Shown in pieces: positions 26,781-36,697 of a DNA stretch of 64,000 bases. The stretch lies in the IMG/VR virus record IMGVR_UViG_3300031774_000002. One strand, written 5' to 3'. This stretch comes from an uncultured virus (IMG/VR IMGVR_UViG_3300031774_000002). Lineage: Duplodnaviria > Heunggongvirae > Uroviricota > Caudoviricetes. The notes under the pieces are model-generated. The model had not been told where the DNA came from, did not search any database, and saw nothing but the letters and a program-made list of their open reading frames with translations. How positions within the stretch are numbered: the stretch's first letter is position 1; each line of letters opens with the position of its first letter. The translations under genes and the position numbers were made by a program.

Positions 26781-27206
26781 TTACCATTCCCTAACATCAA
26801 GAACACCAGACAAAACATAATCATTATTTTCTAACTCAAAACCTATTTCTTCAAGAGGACAACCAACTGCGTGTCCTGAAGATTCATGTAATGCACGAAC
26901 ATGTTTCTTATTATCATCATCCCAATACCCTTCAGTAATAAAATTATCACTGCGGTTTTTGGCACAAGAAAGAAACTCCCATTCCTCAAACACTTTGGAT
27001 GGATCTAACTCATCATTAGAACCACTGATGATATGTTCTATTAAACCAACCTCATCCCAATTGCTTGGAGTGACGAGAATCTCTCCTAGATCCCATGTAG
27101 TATCAAGAGTAATATATTCAGCATCACGACCATAGATTTCATTGATCTTAAATGAATTATCTTGAGTAGTTGATAGTACATATTTTCCACCAATATCAAT
27201 TTTCAT
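26781..27206 (-). CDS. acidic hypothetical protein (paralog of 18953..19387)
   Basis: 141 aa; aligns by eye with 18953..19387. Confidence 0.65.
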   Translation of the reverse strand: MKIDIGGKYVLSTTQDNSFKINEIYGRDAEYITLDTTWDLGEILVTPSNWDEVGLIEHIISGSNDELDPSKVFEEWEFLSCAKNRSDNFITEGYWDDDNKKHVRALHESSGHAVGCPLEEIGFELENNDYVLSGVLDVREW

Positions 27207-27307
27207 TTTTTCCTCTCTCGTCTTGCTTCTGCGTTAATTTGTGGGACTTTATCACCAGTATATGCCCATATTAAAATTAATACAAATATGAATGTGAATG
27301 TGATCAT
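27203..27307 (-). CDS. 34-aa membrane peptide (below the ORF-track cutoff)
   Basis: MITFTFIFVLILIWAYTGDKVPQINAEARRERKK; ATGA overlaps at both ends. Confidence 0.6.
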   Translation of the reverse strand: MITFTFIFVLILIWAYTGDKVPQINAEARRERKK

Positions 27308-27663
27308 GCTTCTTTGTCTTGATCCCATACACACTTGTTTAATTGTTTTCGATTTTGTTTTATCTTTGCTTTAAGTTGATCTAATCTTAATGCAAGTAAC
27401 CAACTGTCGCCTCGTCTTTCAGCATCATAAAATACAGAAGCAGTAAACATAATCATGAACAATATACCCATGTGGGCAACAAGACTCACGCCCATATAGA
27501 TTACACTGCCAATATAAAGACCAAATGCAATACACCACATCCAAGCAAGAACAGTCATAATCCAAAGTCTTGATACTGGGTCTGGAATATGACGCAGTGG
27601 ATTTTTATTGTGATCCATTACTGAATTATAAAGATCATAAAGCCATAAAAAATAAAGTTTCAT
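27304..27663 (-). CDS. membrane protein
   Basis: NPLRHIPD...LAWMWC, two TM segments. Confidence 0.7.
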   Translation of the reverse strand: MKLYFLWLYDLYNSVMDHNKNPLRHIPDPVSRLWIMTVLAWMWCIAFGLYIGSVIYMGVSLVAHMGILFMIMFTASVFYDAERRGDSWLLALRLDQLKAKIKQNRKQLNKCVWDQDKEA

Positions 27664-27676
27664 ATGTTACTCCTTA

Positions 27677-28618
27677 TTACTTCCATTCACAATCAATCAT
27701 CATTTCAGTCAACATAGCCATCATGTTGATCTCAGCATCAGCTGCAAATGCAGCCTTGTACTGATAGTCAGCTAATGTAACAACAACCTGAGGAACGCTG
27801 TTCGGCTCAACATACTCGCCAATTGTATCATAGATTGTTCGGAATACCTGAGATGTATCACCATCAATATTCTGAGCAACCCATTTACGAACCTTGCTGA
27901 ACTCCTTTTCCTTCATAGACTTCATCAAGTCCTTCATATTCAAGTCAGCAAAGTTTACTAGGATTCCAGCATCAATCTTACCAGTCCCAGCATAACGCTG
28001 AAGCTCATTCAAGACTCTGCGATTATCAGGGAAGTGACGCTTCACAACTTCAGCTACAACTTTCTTATCATAGTCGACTTGCTCGTTATCAAGTATAATA
28101 CATGCACGCTTGAATAACTCAGAAGCAAGTTTTGGTTTGTCTTCGGGAGTTATTTTAAATTCAACGACAGAGCATCGCGAGTGTAGTGGCGAAATAATCT
28201 TGTTCACAAAGTTACATGTTAAGATAAATCCACAGTTGGCACTGTACTCTTCCATGAAGTTCCGAAGAGCTGGTTGAACAGTGTCTGCATTAAGATAGTC
28301 AGCTTCATCTAGGATGACATATTTTCTGCCACCTGCCAAAGACATAGAAGAGGCAAACCCTTTTATCTTAGTCCGCAATGTATCAATTAATCGACCTTCA
28401 TCTGATCCATTGATTACAATATAGTCACATCCCAACTCCTCAAGCATTGCTTTGGCGATAGTTGTTTTACCAACACCAGCAGTACCTGTGAGTAATAAGT
28501 TTGGAACATTTTTGTTATCAACAAATGTCTGGAAAGTTTTCTTCAAACTGTTTGGTAGGATTGTATCAACCACAGACTGTGGGCGATACTTTTCAACATA
28601 CAAAAATTCTTGTTGCAT
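27677..28618 (-). CDS. gp44: clamp loader ATPase subunit
   Basis: VEKYRP, GTAGVGKT, ILDEAD, SRC. Confidence 0.95.
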   Translation of the reverse strand: MQQEFLYVEKYRPQSVVDTILPNSLKKTFQTFVDNKNVPNLLLTGTAGVGKTTIAKAMLEELGCDYIVINGSDEGRLIDTLRTKIKGFASSMSLAGGRKYVILDEADYLNADTVQPALRNFMEEYSANCGFILTCNFVNKIISPLHSRCSVVEFKITPEDKPKLASELFKRACIILDNEQVDYDKKVVAEVVKRHFPDNRRVLNELQRYAGTGKIDAGILVNFADLNMKDLMKSMKEKEFSKVRKWVAQNIDGDTSQVFRTIYDTIGEYVEPNSVPQVVVTLADYQYKAAFAADAEINMMAMLTEMMIDCEWK

Positions 28619-28645
28619 AATATAATTTCTCCTCAATGTCCATCT

Positions 28646-28674
28646 ATTCTACTACATGATGGGTTAAATGTCAA
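28646..28674 (-). promoter_or_regulatory. sigma70-type promoter for gp44
   Basis: TTGACA-N17-TAGAAT. Confidence 0.75.
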
Positions 28675-29420
28675 GTATTGCTCCTAACATATTCTTCAAT
28701 ATCATATTTTGGTGACCAGCCAAGATCTTTCAAGTCAGAATTATCAGCAGTGTTATCCCATGCCTCACATTCTTCACCTGCTCTAACCTCTGCATTACAT
28801 CCAGCTAATTCACCCAGCTCAGATACAACCACACCTTTACCAGTTCCAATATCATAGACTGGTTTTAATTTATTCAGATCTTTATCCATAAGTAAGATTA
28901 TTGCGTCCACTACATCATCAACATGAATGAAGTCACGGATATGATTTGTTAAGTAATCAACACGACCATCAATCAAGCGACCAATGAGCATTGAATCTCT
29001 TGCTCCCTCACCATAAACTGTAGTGAACCGTAAACCCACTTGATTGTAAAATGCAGTTTCTTCATTTATCTTTTTGCTCATACCATACGGTGATAAATGC
29101 CAGTTATGGACACAAGAAGAAGATGCATACAATAATGGTATCTCACTGTTGTGGCAATATTTTTGAAGTTTAGTTGTAAGTGAAACATTATTATCCCAAT
29201 ACTTTTGTGGATGGTTAATGCTTTCTCTAACATTCGCAAATGCTGCAAGATGAATCACATAATCAGTGTCTAATTCCAATCTATTAGTTCTGGGATCAAG
29301 ATCTTCTAAAGATTTGCCAATCTTAGAGTCCCACTCATCAACAATGTGACCTAATGATTCAAGTCTTGACTTTACATGACTGCCAATAAAACCACGAGAA
29401 CCTGTGACTGTTACTCTCAT
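28671..29420 (-). CDS. NAD-dependent epimerase/dehydratase
   Basis: TGSRGFIG, YASSS, YGMSK, RDFIHVDD. Confidence 0.9.
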   Translation of the reverse strand: MRVTVTGSRGFIGSHVKSRLESLGHIVDEWDSKIGKSLEDLDPRTNRLELDTDYVIHLAAFANVRESINHPQKYWDNNVSLTTKLQKYCHNSEIPLLYASSSCVHNWHLSPYGMSKKINEETAFYNQVGLRFTTVYGEGARDSMLIGRLIDGRVDYLTNHIRDFIHVDDVVDAIILLMDKDLNKLKPVYDIGTGKGVVVSELGELAGCNAEVRAGEECEAWDNTADNSDLKDLGWSPKYDIEEYVRSNT

Positions 29421-29677
29421 AAAACTTTCCATCCTGTGACAGTGTTAGTGCGGAATGATCTCCAAGCCTGAACATCTATCCCCCAAACTGGAATGTCTGC
29501 TGAATTTGCATTCACAGCTGATACTGTGATACTAGATCCAGCTTGCTCACTTATAATCTCGGGGTTGAGAGTACAAGGCATCACCCTTGTACCCCCACCA
29601 TCAACTTTCTCATATGTGACTTCGACAACGCCATCTTTGAGATGTTTTACCAGATTATTTACAGCTGATGACAACAT
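29417..29677 (-). CDS. small SH3/WYL-like beta-barrel protein
   Basis: VTYEKVDG..R.M.CTL...AWRSFR. Confidence 0.65.
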   Translation of the reverse strand: MLSSAVNNLVKHLKDGVVEVTYEKVDGGGTRVMPCTLNPEIISEQAGSSITVSAVNANSADIPVWGIDVQAWRSFRTNTVTGWKVL

Positions 29678-29694
29678 TTTATCCTTTCCTCATA

Positions 29695-30252
29695 TTATAC
29701 AATCGCATAGATATCTGTACTTTCTACCCAGCAAGTATATCCATATTTTTTTAATCGTTCCAGAAGAAGATTACAATCTACATGGGAATGTTCTATCTTA
29801 ATTAATGTTGGTTTTATACCAAAGCTAAACCCCTCAAAGACATTTGCTTCATGCCCTTCAACATCAATCTTTAGAAAGTCTATATGGTCAATATTATTCT
29901 TACTGATGTAAGAGTCTAATGTCATAGCAGGAACTGTTATCTTTGCATGGTTAAAGCGTATATTATCTGGAATATCCAGAAGTTTTTCTCCCATATGTTC
30001 ATCAGTGTCAACATGTCCGATACCTCTGACCCAGCTATCAGTTGCTATGCTCTGTCTGAATGGGACATAACCATCTATATCTGAAATGGCAAGATTATCA
30101 ACTTGGATATCATATGGCTTTGCTTGTTCAGACATAGTTTCAGCATATCGTGGATCAGCTTCAACCATGTAGCCAGACCAACCAGATTTTGCTAGAGGAA
30201 GGCATGTTCCAAAATCGCACACGCCTACCTCTAGAAAGACTTTATTAGGCAT
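29695..30252 (-). CDS. FkbM-family methyltransferase
   Basis: FLEVG, MVEAD, IDFLKIDVEGHE. Confidence 0.85.
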   Translation of the reverse strand: MPNKVFLEVGVCDFGTCLPLAKSGWSGYMVEADPRYAETMSEQAKPYDIQVDNLAISDIDGYVPFRQSIATDSWVRGIGHVDTDEHMGEKLLDIPDNIRFNHAKITVPAMTLDSYISKNNIDHIDFLKIDVEGHEANVFEGFSFGIKPTLIKIEHSHVDCNLLLERLKKYGYTCWVESTDIYAIV

Positions 30253-30907
30253 ACTTGCTCCCAGCTTCAGTTGCAACCCAATACTCAACAACAGATCCTT
30301 TGAAGTTTGAGATACCTTTAGATGATACATTCACCTTATAATCATCAGCCATGAACTTGAGATTTTCAGTCTTAAAGATAAACTCAAACTCAGCTTCAGT
30401 GACACCAACACTCAATCCAAACTCATTAGATGTTGGATTCTTGGTATCAGTAGCAACCAAAGAGATAGATCCATCAACACCACGAACAACAACTTCTGGT
30501 AATGATAATTGATTTGCAGCATTGACCACTTTCTTATAGTCGGCTTCACTCATATCAAAAGTTACTTCTGGATCAGGCAATTCAAGATCCTTTTCTGGTG
30601 GTGATACAACCATAGATGGATCAGTGTAAGTGTAACGCGAAGTGCTGTTACCACCATTCTCTTTGATAGTCATAGATTTGTCACCAAAGTCTATGTCTGC
30701 ATCATCAAACAAGCTAGTGAGACCAATAAACTGATTCAACTCATAGATCGCAAAGTCTTGAGGAAACGACTCATTCACAACAGCAGAAGCAAGAATGTTC
30801 TTCTGTGGTGACACTGTACGCAAAACATTACCTGCTTTGAATACAAGAGACGGATTAATGGTGGAAAAGTTTTTCAAAACTTCAAAAGTGTTATCGCTTA
30901 ATTTCAT
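30245..30907 (-). CDS. gp45: sliding clamp
   Basis: MKLS..T..VLKNFSTIN, FAIYELNQF, YWVATE. Confidence 0.93.
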   Translation of the reverse strand: MKLSDNTFEVLKNFSTINPSLVFKAGNVLRTVSPQKNILASAVVNESFPQDFAIYELNQFIGLTSLFDDADIDFGDKSMTIKENGGNSTSRYTYTDPSMVVSPPEKDLELPDPEVTFDMSEADYKKVVNAANQLSLPEVVVRGVDGSISLVATDTKNPTSNEFGLSVGVTEAEFEFIFKTENLKFMADDYKVNVSSKGISNFKGSVVEYWVATEAGSKYA

Positions 30908-31386
30908 GGTGATTCCTCATTATTTAAATCGTGATTGTGTAATGCAATCAATGCATAGTGTAATACTTTCAATAAATCCTTGCGGTTGTAACCGTCTTTC
31001 CTGCCATAACGCTGAACATACTTCAATACATTACCCAACGCAAACCCCTCGCCATGACCACAGTCAATAATGAACTCTGTTGACTGAAACTTATTCTTTG
31101 AATAGTGCTCAGAATAAGTAGCATTAACATAGTCACGCAATTCATCAATCAACTCACCCTCATTAAATTTGTAGAGTGTTATGTCAAAAACATCAGAAGA
31201 TTTGTTAGAAGGAACTAATGGCTCATTATAATGTTCCAAAGAGTCATTATACCTTATTGGCTTGTTTCTGTCAACCTCAGAATAATATTCAGCAGTGTGT
31301 TCATAATTATCTTTCTGTTTGGAAGATGATTTTTTTCTCAGCTGATTCCATTCCTGAGGAGTAGCATCGTCAATACTTTTGCCCAT
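30904..31386 (-). CDS. DUF3310-like (T7 gp1.7-like nucleotide kinase) protein
   Basis: HY...GFALGNVLKYVQRYGRK...DLLK. Confidence 0.65.
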   Translation of the reverse strand: MGKSIDDATPQEWNQLRKKSSSKQKDNYEHTAEYYSEVDRNKPIRYNDSLEHYNEPLVPSNKSSDVFDITLYKFNEGELIDELRDYVNATYSEHYSKNKFQSTEFIIDCGHGEGFALGNVLKYVQRYGRKDGYNRKDLLKVLHYALIALHNHDLNNEESP

Positions 31387-32264
31387 TACTTCCTCCCTCG
31401 TTTTTTCTTTTTCTTGCCTTTCTTTAACACAGCTTCGTCTGCAGTAGCACTAACACCGAGTGCAGCAAGATCAGGTAAAGAACCACCGAAGTGATAAGTG
31501 CCGACATGAACCATCTTCATCCAAGGACACAACCAAGTTTCAACACCAACCTTTTCCATCCACTGACAAAACATGTAATCTTCTGACAGATATCGTCTTG
31601 AATCTGGATCAATTAGTGCTTGGAAATACATCATGATTTCTCGCGATCCATCAAACTCAGTAGTCCTGATATGATCAGGCAGGTATGTGAAGTCAGGATA
31701 TGCTTCAGCAAACTTTTCAAATGCTGACCGCTGAACCATCATGAATCCAGTACCACCCTCAAGAACCTTACATGGTCTGTCAATCCTAATTTGACCACCC
31801 TGAGTCTCTTTGGGGTTGAAAACATAATCACCAACAAACTTCTCAAGCTCATTTGGGTCTTTGTCAGCAAAACCTCTATCAACAGCTGTCTTAATTTTCT
31901 CCCATGCAATCGTTTTCTTGGGATATGGACCACACATTATCTCTTTGCGATCTTCAGCATTAACATCAGGATCCATAAAAGCAGCAAGAGACAAAACATC
32001 ATGAGGATCAAACCCAATATCAGAATCAATAAACATTAAGTGGGTGCAGTCACTTCGTAAAAATTCATCAACACAATAATTTCTAGCACGAGTGATTAAT
32101 GATTCATTAAATAAGTAGAAAAAGTTTAGGCTGACTTCATATGCTTGACACAGTTTGGATAAATCCGCACATGCCTTTGCGTACATACCATGACAGTTAC
32201 CACCATACATTGGAGTCGCGACCATAATCTTTCTTTTGCGCAACTCTTCTAATTTTATTTCCAT
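31386..32264 (-). CDS. GT-A fold glycosyltransferase-like protein
   Basis: VATPMYGG, ESLITRARN, FIDSDI, GTGFM, LSEDYMFC. Confidence 0.7.
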   Translation of the reverse strand: MEIKLEELRKRKIMVATPMYGGNCHGMYAKACADLSKLCQAYEVSLNFFYLFNESLITRARNYCVDEFLRSDCTHLMFIDSDIGFDPHDVLSLAAFMDPDVNAEDRKEIMCGPYPKKTIAWEKIKTAVDRGFADKDPNELEKFVGDYVFNPKETQGGQIRIDRPCKVLEGGTGFMMVQRSAFEKFAEAYPDFTYLPDHIRTTEFDGSREIMMYFQALIDPDSRRYLSEDYMFCQWMEKVGVETWLCPWMKMVHVGTYHFGGSLPDLAALGVSATADEAVLKKGKKKKKRGRK

Positions 32265-32296
32265 CGTGTTTCCTCTTTTAATTTTGCGATGTAAAG

Positions 32297-32325
32297 ATTA
32301 TATTCCAAAATGTGAAAAAAGTCAA
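32297..32325 (-). promoter_or_regulatory. sigma70-type promoter
   Basis: TTGACT-N17-TATAAT; the -35 lies inside the terminator stem. Confidence 0.7.
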
Positions 32326-32340
32326 CCCGAAGATTGACTT
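32315..32340 (-). terminator. intrinsic terminator with UUCG loop
   Basis: AAGTCAATC-TTCG-GGTTGACTT-TTTT. Confidence 0.8.
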
Positions 32341-32357
32341 CCTTCACAAGAGAGATA

Positions 32358-33524
32358 TTAAGCAGCAATTTCTTCAGGCTCTTCAGCCATGTCATCAACT
32401 GTGCCAGCATCAGCATCAATCTTTGAATAGAGATCAAGGAATGATGTTTTGGTGTCTTCATCAAAACGATTAATACACATATTAATCGCAGTCATCCGAC
32501 CACCTTTATCACCAAAGATCTTATATGCTTTGGCAATATGAACAAGACGACGAGTCGAGATAACTTCATCAATACCGCCATCATAAAAAGTCTTGCGGAT
32601 AATGTCAGCCCAATCAACAAGTTTGGTTACAAACTCAGAGTCATCTAGACCGAGACTAGCGAACACTTCATTCAAGATTCGTTTCTCAGTGCTCACTGGA
32701 GGATACTCCTGCTCGCAAGTAATAGGGAATCTTTCAAGGAATGCTTCATTCAGCACATTAGTACCAATAAAGCGACCATCATCAGATCCTTTACCTTTGG
32801 TGTTAGCAGTAGCGATAACATTAAACCCAACAGCAGGATTAATATACTCACCAGTCTTTTTGATAAAATATCCTTTACCCTCAAGGATAGACTGAAGACA
32901 CATAATCTTTGCTGGATTACCCAGATCGATCTCATCCAGAAGTAATAAAGCACCACGCTCCATTGCCTTGATAACTGGACCTTTGAAGAAACGAGTGTCA
33001 CCGTCAACAAGACGGAAACCACCAATCAGGTCATCTTCATCAGTCTCAATTGTAAAGTTTACACGGATGACTTCACGCTTCAACTGAGCACATGCTTGTT
33101 CAACCGAGAATGTTTTACCATTACCAGACATACCAGTAATGAAAGATGGATAGAACATACCAGACTTAATGACTTGCTTCAGTGTCGAGAAATTACCAAA
33201 GGGAACAAACAAAGGATCTTTGGCAGGGACAAGATTTTCAGTGAAGCCATCAGTGACAACATTCATCTCAGCAACAAGTTTGTTAGGCTCAAGATTAGTC
33301 ACAGGAGCTGGAGCAGACGGTGCGAGAGGAGCAGGAGAGCTCACTGCAGTCGTCTTTGGAGCAGTTGAAGGCAGGTTATACAAACCACGATCAACACGGA
33401 GAGCAGTCGCGAAATACTTACTCGGCACTTTCACGCCAAGCTCACGAGCAACTCTTTTGGTTTCAAGACTAGGAACAGGATTATTCCCATACTTTTCTTT
33501 CAGGATAGAATATAGATCAGTCAT
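32358..33524 (-). CDS. CobS/MoxR-like AAA+ ATPase
   Basis: GMSGNGKT, ETDEDDLIGG, LLDEID, ATANTKG, AFLERF. Confidence 0.9.
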   Translation of the reverse strand: MTDLYSILKEKYGNNPVPSLETKRVARELGVKVPSKYFATALRVDRGLYNLPSTAPKTTAVSSPAPLAPSAPAPVTNLEPNKLVAEMNVVTDGFTENLVPAKDPLFVPFGNFSTLKQVIKSGMFYPSFITGMSGNGKTFSVEQACAQLKREVIRVNFTIETDEDDLIGGFRLVDGDTRFFKGPVIKAMERGALLLLDEIDLGNPAKIMCLQSILEGKGYFIKKTGEYINPAVGFNVIATANTKGKGSDDGRFIGTNVLNEAFLERFPITCEQEYPPVSTEKRILNEVFASLGLDDSEFVTKLVDWADIIRKTFYDGGIDEVISTRRLVHIAKAYKIFGDKGGRMTAINMCINRFDEDTKTSFLDLYSKIDADAGTVDDMAEEPEEIAA

Positions 33525-33561
33525 ATAGGTCTCTCTCATTTATTAATCAATTTCAAATACA

Positions 33562-33590
33562 ATTCTAGCACAAAAACAACATAAAGACAA
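33562..33590 (-). promoter_or_regulatory. putative early promoter
   Basis: TTGTCT-N17-TAGAAT. Confidence 0.7.
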
Positions 33591-33649
33591 CAAAAAAATT
33601 AGCCAATTATTACCTTTTTTGTATAATAGGTTATTTTTTAACCTATTCA

Positions 33650-35890
33650 TTAAGCAATCGACTCTATCAAGTCACTCAACATTTTACGCGACTCTTTTCT
33701 AGAACCATTCGCTTTCTTAAAGGCAGTGCGGATCTTTGCTTTTGTTGCATCACTACCGACCGCAATCGAAGTATTGCTCACTTCAAGATTTTTACCACCA
33801 TGAATTAAGAACAGTCGATCATAACCAAAGTTGTCTTCAAGCATAACAAACTTTTCTTTTTTGGCTCTCATATGATATGATTTAGCATCATACCAGTCCA
33901 TACTGTTAGGAGCATTACGAGTCCATTTGTTTATACTACTCTCCATAATCCGATAACCAATAACAGTAGAACCAGTCCTTTCACGATACATATCTAAAAG
34001 GACTTTGGTGATCGCATCACCATATCCAGTCACACGATAGCGTTTCTTGGTCACAGGATCATTTACATACAACACTGCAGTGCCACTTCTATTATGATAA
34101 TAATTAGTTTGTGAACCCCATTCTTTGTCAGGGTTAGTGAATTCCATAGGATGACTATCACCATCAGTCAAGAATATTGTATTCACAATATCAAGACGAT
34201 TTTTCTTTTGGAAATCATCATGCACTTTCATTGCAGCCATTATAGTCTCATCAAGAGGAGTACCGCTCAAAGCCAACCCTCTAGGAAAACGAAACCTGTT
34301 CATTTTCTTTTGAGCTTCCCAGCTGTATTTGTTGCGACGAGAGACACGGATATCATAATATCTCCCGACACAAAGAACGAATTTCATCATGTCATTGAAA
34401 GTTTGACGATTCATATTGTTATTGAAAAACTCTAATAATCTGAAACAATGATGATAACGCAAAACACTATCTCGTTTTTGTTGGGTCGCACTTTCAGAGT
34501 CAGAACCATACCAATTATTTGTAAAAGCATAAACACGGTATGGTATCTTCACCTGACGGCAGAACAAAACTAAATTCAACATTTGATCAATCGTGGCTTT
34601 AAGATCTTCCATCATTGAGCCAGACCAATCAACATACATGATTATACCATGACTTTTACCATCTGGTGTCACTGTTACTTTGCGGAAAATATCATCATTG
34701 TAACGATAGCTGTTCATCTTGACAGGATCAATCACACCAGTCTTTGCCACAGTTTGTCTAGAGTAAGCTGATGCACTTTTCTTCATCTCAAACTCTTTTG
34801 CCATGTAATTTACGCTTCTCTTATTATTATTCATGAAGTCATTAACATATCCTTCACCCAGATCATTCATCGCTTGATCAAACGAATCAGGCTCTTGAAC
34901 TTTGAAATTTTCTAGAATTTCTTTTGCTGATATAATCAAGTCATTAATCGGTGCGTCATTCAAGAACACATTAGTGATTTTTATATCATCATCATCACCA
35001 TGCTCAGCAGCAATATTGTTTCTTAATGACTGATCAGTTTTTGATTCAAGATCTTCTTCAGATGATTCACCACCTGTCTGTCCTGTCTGGTTATCATCAG
35101 AATCATCTTCATCATCTTTCCAGAAGTCATCTTGATCTTCATCAGAACTCCAGAAGTCACCATCATCTTCATCTTCATCTTCATCATCAGGAGTGCTACC
35201 AGATGAATCACCTGATTCACTTTCATCTTCATCATCAGAATCATCAAAATCATAAGAGCCACTGCCATCAGTATCTTCTTGACTCTCATCTTTTGCCATT
35301 TCATCCATAGCTTTCTGCTTGTCAGCATTTTCTTCTTCTTGCTTTTGTTTACAGAAATCATACAAACGCTCAGTCAGGTCAACAACCTGATCCCATGTTT
35401 CAAGAGTTTCAATCTCATCAATCCATGGTTGCTCATCTGCCTCAATGCGAACACCAGCAGAACGACCGCATTTAAAATAAGTGTTGATACGATCAATAAG
35501 ACCATAATTGTTTATTTGTTTGATGTCACCACCAAAGAAACCATCAGCAAGCATGCGTCTGTATGAAGAAACAAATGAAGTTCGCAGACCTTGATATCGT
35601 TTTTGAATTAGCTTTTCAATCCTAGCATCTTCAATAACATTTAAAAAAGATCTGAAAGTTTGACCACGCTTATGAGTAGACTCATGCCATCCCTCTTCTG
35701 GAGTATACAAAGCATGACCAACCTCATGACCAACCAAATGATCATAAGTGTCAGACCTCATATCATCCCACATTGGTAGAGTAAGGATGCGGTCACGAAC
35801 ATTAAATGAAGCAGTCTTTGCTTGCTTATGAGAAACAGTAATGTTTTCAGTAGCAAGTAGACGAGCCAATGTATCTTTAGAAGTATTCAT
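33650..35890 (-). CDS. CobT-like protein: HExxH domain, acidic linker, vWA domain
   Basis: HEVGH, NVIEDARIE, D/E-rich linker, MIDAS DWSGS...GTP...TDG. Confidence 0.85.
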   Translation of the reverse strand: MNTSKDTLARLLATENITVSHKQAKTASFNVRDRILTLPMWDDMRSDTYDHLVGHEVGHALYTPEEGWHESTHKRGQTFRSFLNVIEDARIEKLIQKRYQGLRTSFVSSYRRMLADGFFGGDIKQINNYGLIDRINTYFKCGRSAGVRIEADEQPWIDEIETLETWDQVVDLTERLYDFCKQKQEEENADKQKAMDEMAKDESQEDTDGSGSYDFDDSDDEDESESGDSSGSTPDDEDEDEDDGDFWSSDEDQDDFWKDDEDDSDDNQTGQTGGESSEEDLESKTDQSLRNNIAAEHGDDDDIKITNVFLNDAPINDLIISAKEILENFKVQEPDSFDQAMNDLGEGYVNDFMNNNKRSVNYMAKEFEMKKSASAYSRQTVAKTGVIDPVKMNSYRYNDDIFRKVTVTPDGKSHGIIMYVDWSGSMMEDLKATIDQMLNLVLFCRQVKIPYRVYAFTNNWYGSDSESATQQKRDSVLRYHHCFRLLEFFNNNMNRQTFNDMMKFVLCVGRYYDIRVSRRNKYSWEAQKKMNRFRFPRGLALSGTPLDETIMAAMKVHDDFQKKNRLDIVNTIFLTDGDSHPMEFTNPDKEWGSQTNYYHNRSGTAVLYVNDPVTKKRYRVTGYGDAITKVLLDMYRERTGSTVIGYRIMESSINKWTRNAPNSMDWYDAKSYHMRAKKEKFVMLEDNFGYDRLFLIHGGKNLEVSNTSIAVGSDATKAKIRTAFKKANGSRKESRKMLSDLIESIA

Positions 35891-35919
35891 ATGATAGTCT
35901 CTCAACAAAATAGACGCCC

Positions 35920-35948
35920 ATTCTACCATATCAGGAGACCTGAGACAA
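35920..35948 (-). promoter_or_regulatory. putative early promoter
   Basis: TTGTCT-N17-TAGAAT. Confidence 0.7.
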
Positions 35949-36107
35949 CACTTTTTTCAATTAAAAACGGTAATTTTACCTATTTATTGATATTATTTTG
36001 GAATAAAAAGGTAGATTTTAAGAACTTTTTTGTATAAAAGGACAAAAGTCCTGTATTATCAATAACTTAGTGAAATACACTATTTTGCCCTTTTATAACT
36101 CTTCGGA

Positions 36108-36200
36108 TTAACTTAATGCAATCAGGCAGTTAGCGATTGTTACATAAACCGACACTTGAAACGCCCAACAGAAAAAGCAATCAGTTTTGCTATTTTCCAT
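36108..36200 (-). CDS. 30-aa hydrophobic CxxC peptide (below the ORF-track cutoff)
   Basis: MENSKTDCFFCWAFQVSVYVTIANCLIALS, SD AGGAGG, directly after hsp20. Confidence 0.55.
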   Translation of the reverse strand: MENSKTDCFFCWAFQVSVYVTIANCLIALS

Positions 36201-36216
36201 ATTTCCTCCTCGAAAA

Positions 36217-36633
36217 TTATTTAATTTCAATTTTTCGAGGACGCTTCTCTTCTGGCAAATTGACCTTTAGGTTCACTACAAGGATTCCTTTGTCTAGAGT
36301 CGCTCCGACTACTTCGACATATTCAGACAGACGAAAAGTTCTCTGAAATCTTTTTGTGGATATTCCTTTGTGTAGATACTCAACATCAGTACCGTGGAAT
36401 TGATCCCCAGTGATGTTCAAAGTTCTTTCATCTTGTTCAATGGTCAGATCTTTCATATCGAACCCAGCTACTGCCACTTCAATGGCATATTCATGCTCAT
36501 CTACTTTAACCACATTGTGTGGTGGGTATGTATCTTTGGCGTTTCGATTGATGAATTCTAATTCATTGAAAAGGTGGTCAAACCCAACAAATGCTGCTCG
36601 TGGGAAAAGACTCGGTGTTTTAATACTCGTCAT
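36217..36633 (-). CDS. hsp20: small heat shock protein (Hsp20/IbpA-like)
   Basis: YPPHNV, EVAVAGF, YLHKGISTKRFQRTF, GILVV.L..PEEKRPRKI. Confidence 0.93.
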   Translation of the reverse strand: MTSIKTPSLFPRAAFVGFDHLFNELEFINRNAKDTYPPHNVVKVDEHEYAIEVAVAGFDMKDLTIEQDERTLNITGDQFHGTDVEYLHKGISTKRFQRTFRLSEYVEVVGATLDKGILVVNLKVNLPEEKRPRKIEIK

Positions 36634-36697
36634 AATGCTCTCCTTTTGTTTAAAGCAAGATTAATAAGTGAACCCGATTATTCGGCATCCACTCACC
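36634..36697 (-). promoter_or_regulatory. ROSE-like RNA thermometer in the hsp20 5' UTR
   Basis: 5' hairpin, then UCUUGCU pairing with SD AGGAGA with a bulged G. Confidence 0.6.

Noticed and set aside
32358..33524. cobS as a cobalamin-biosynthesis auxiliary gene
   Set aside because: No cobN or other cob genes in the window; motifs support only a MoxR-type AAA+ ATPase.
33625..33647. Hairpin AATAGGTTA..TAACCTATT as a terminator
   Set aside because: AT-rich stem with no U-tract on the coding strand; not called.
35026..35310. TCA/TCT-rich repeats and His-rich plus-strand ORF
   Set aside because: This is the reverse complement of the Asp/Glu-rich linker of the CobT-like protein; not a CRISPR array or separate gene.
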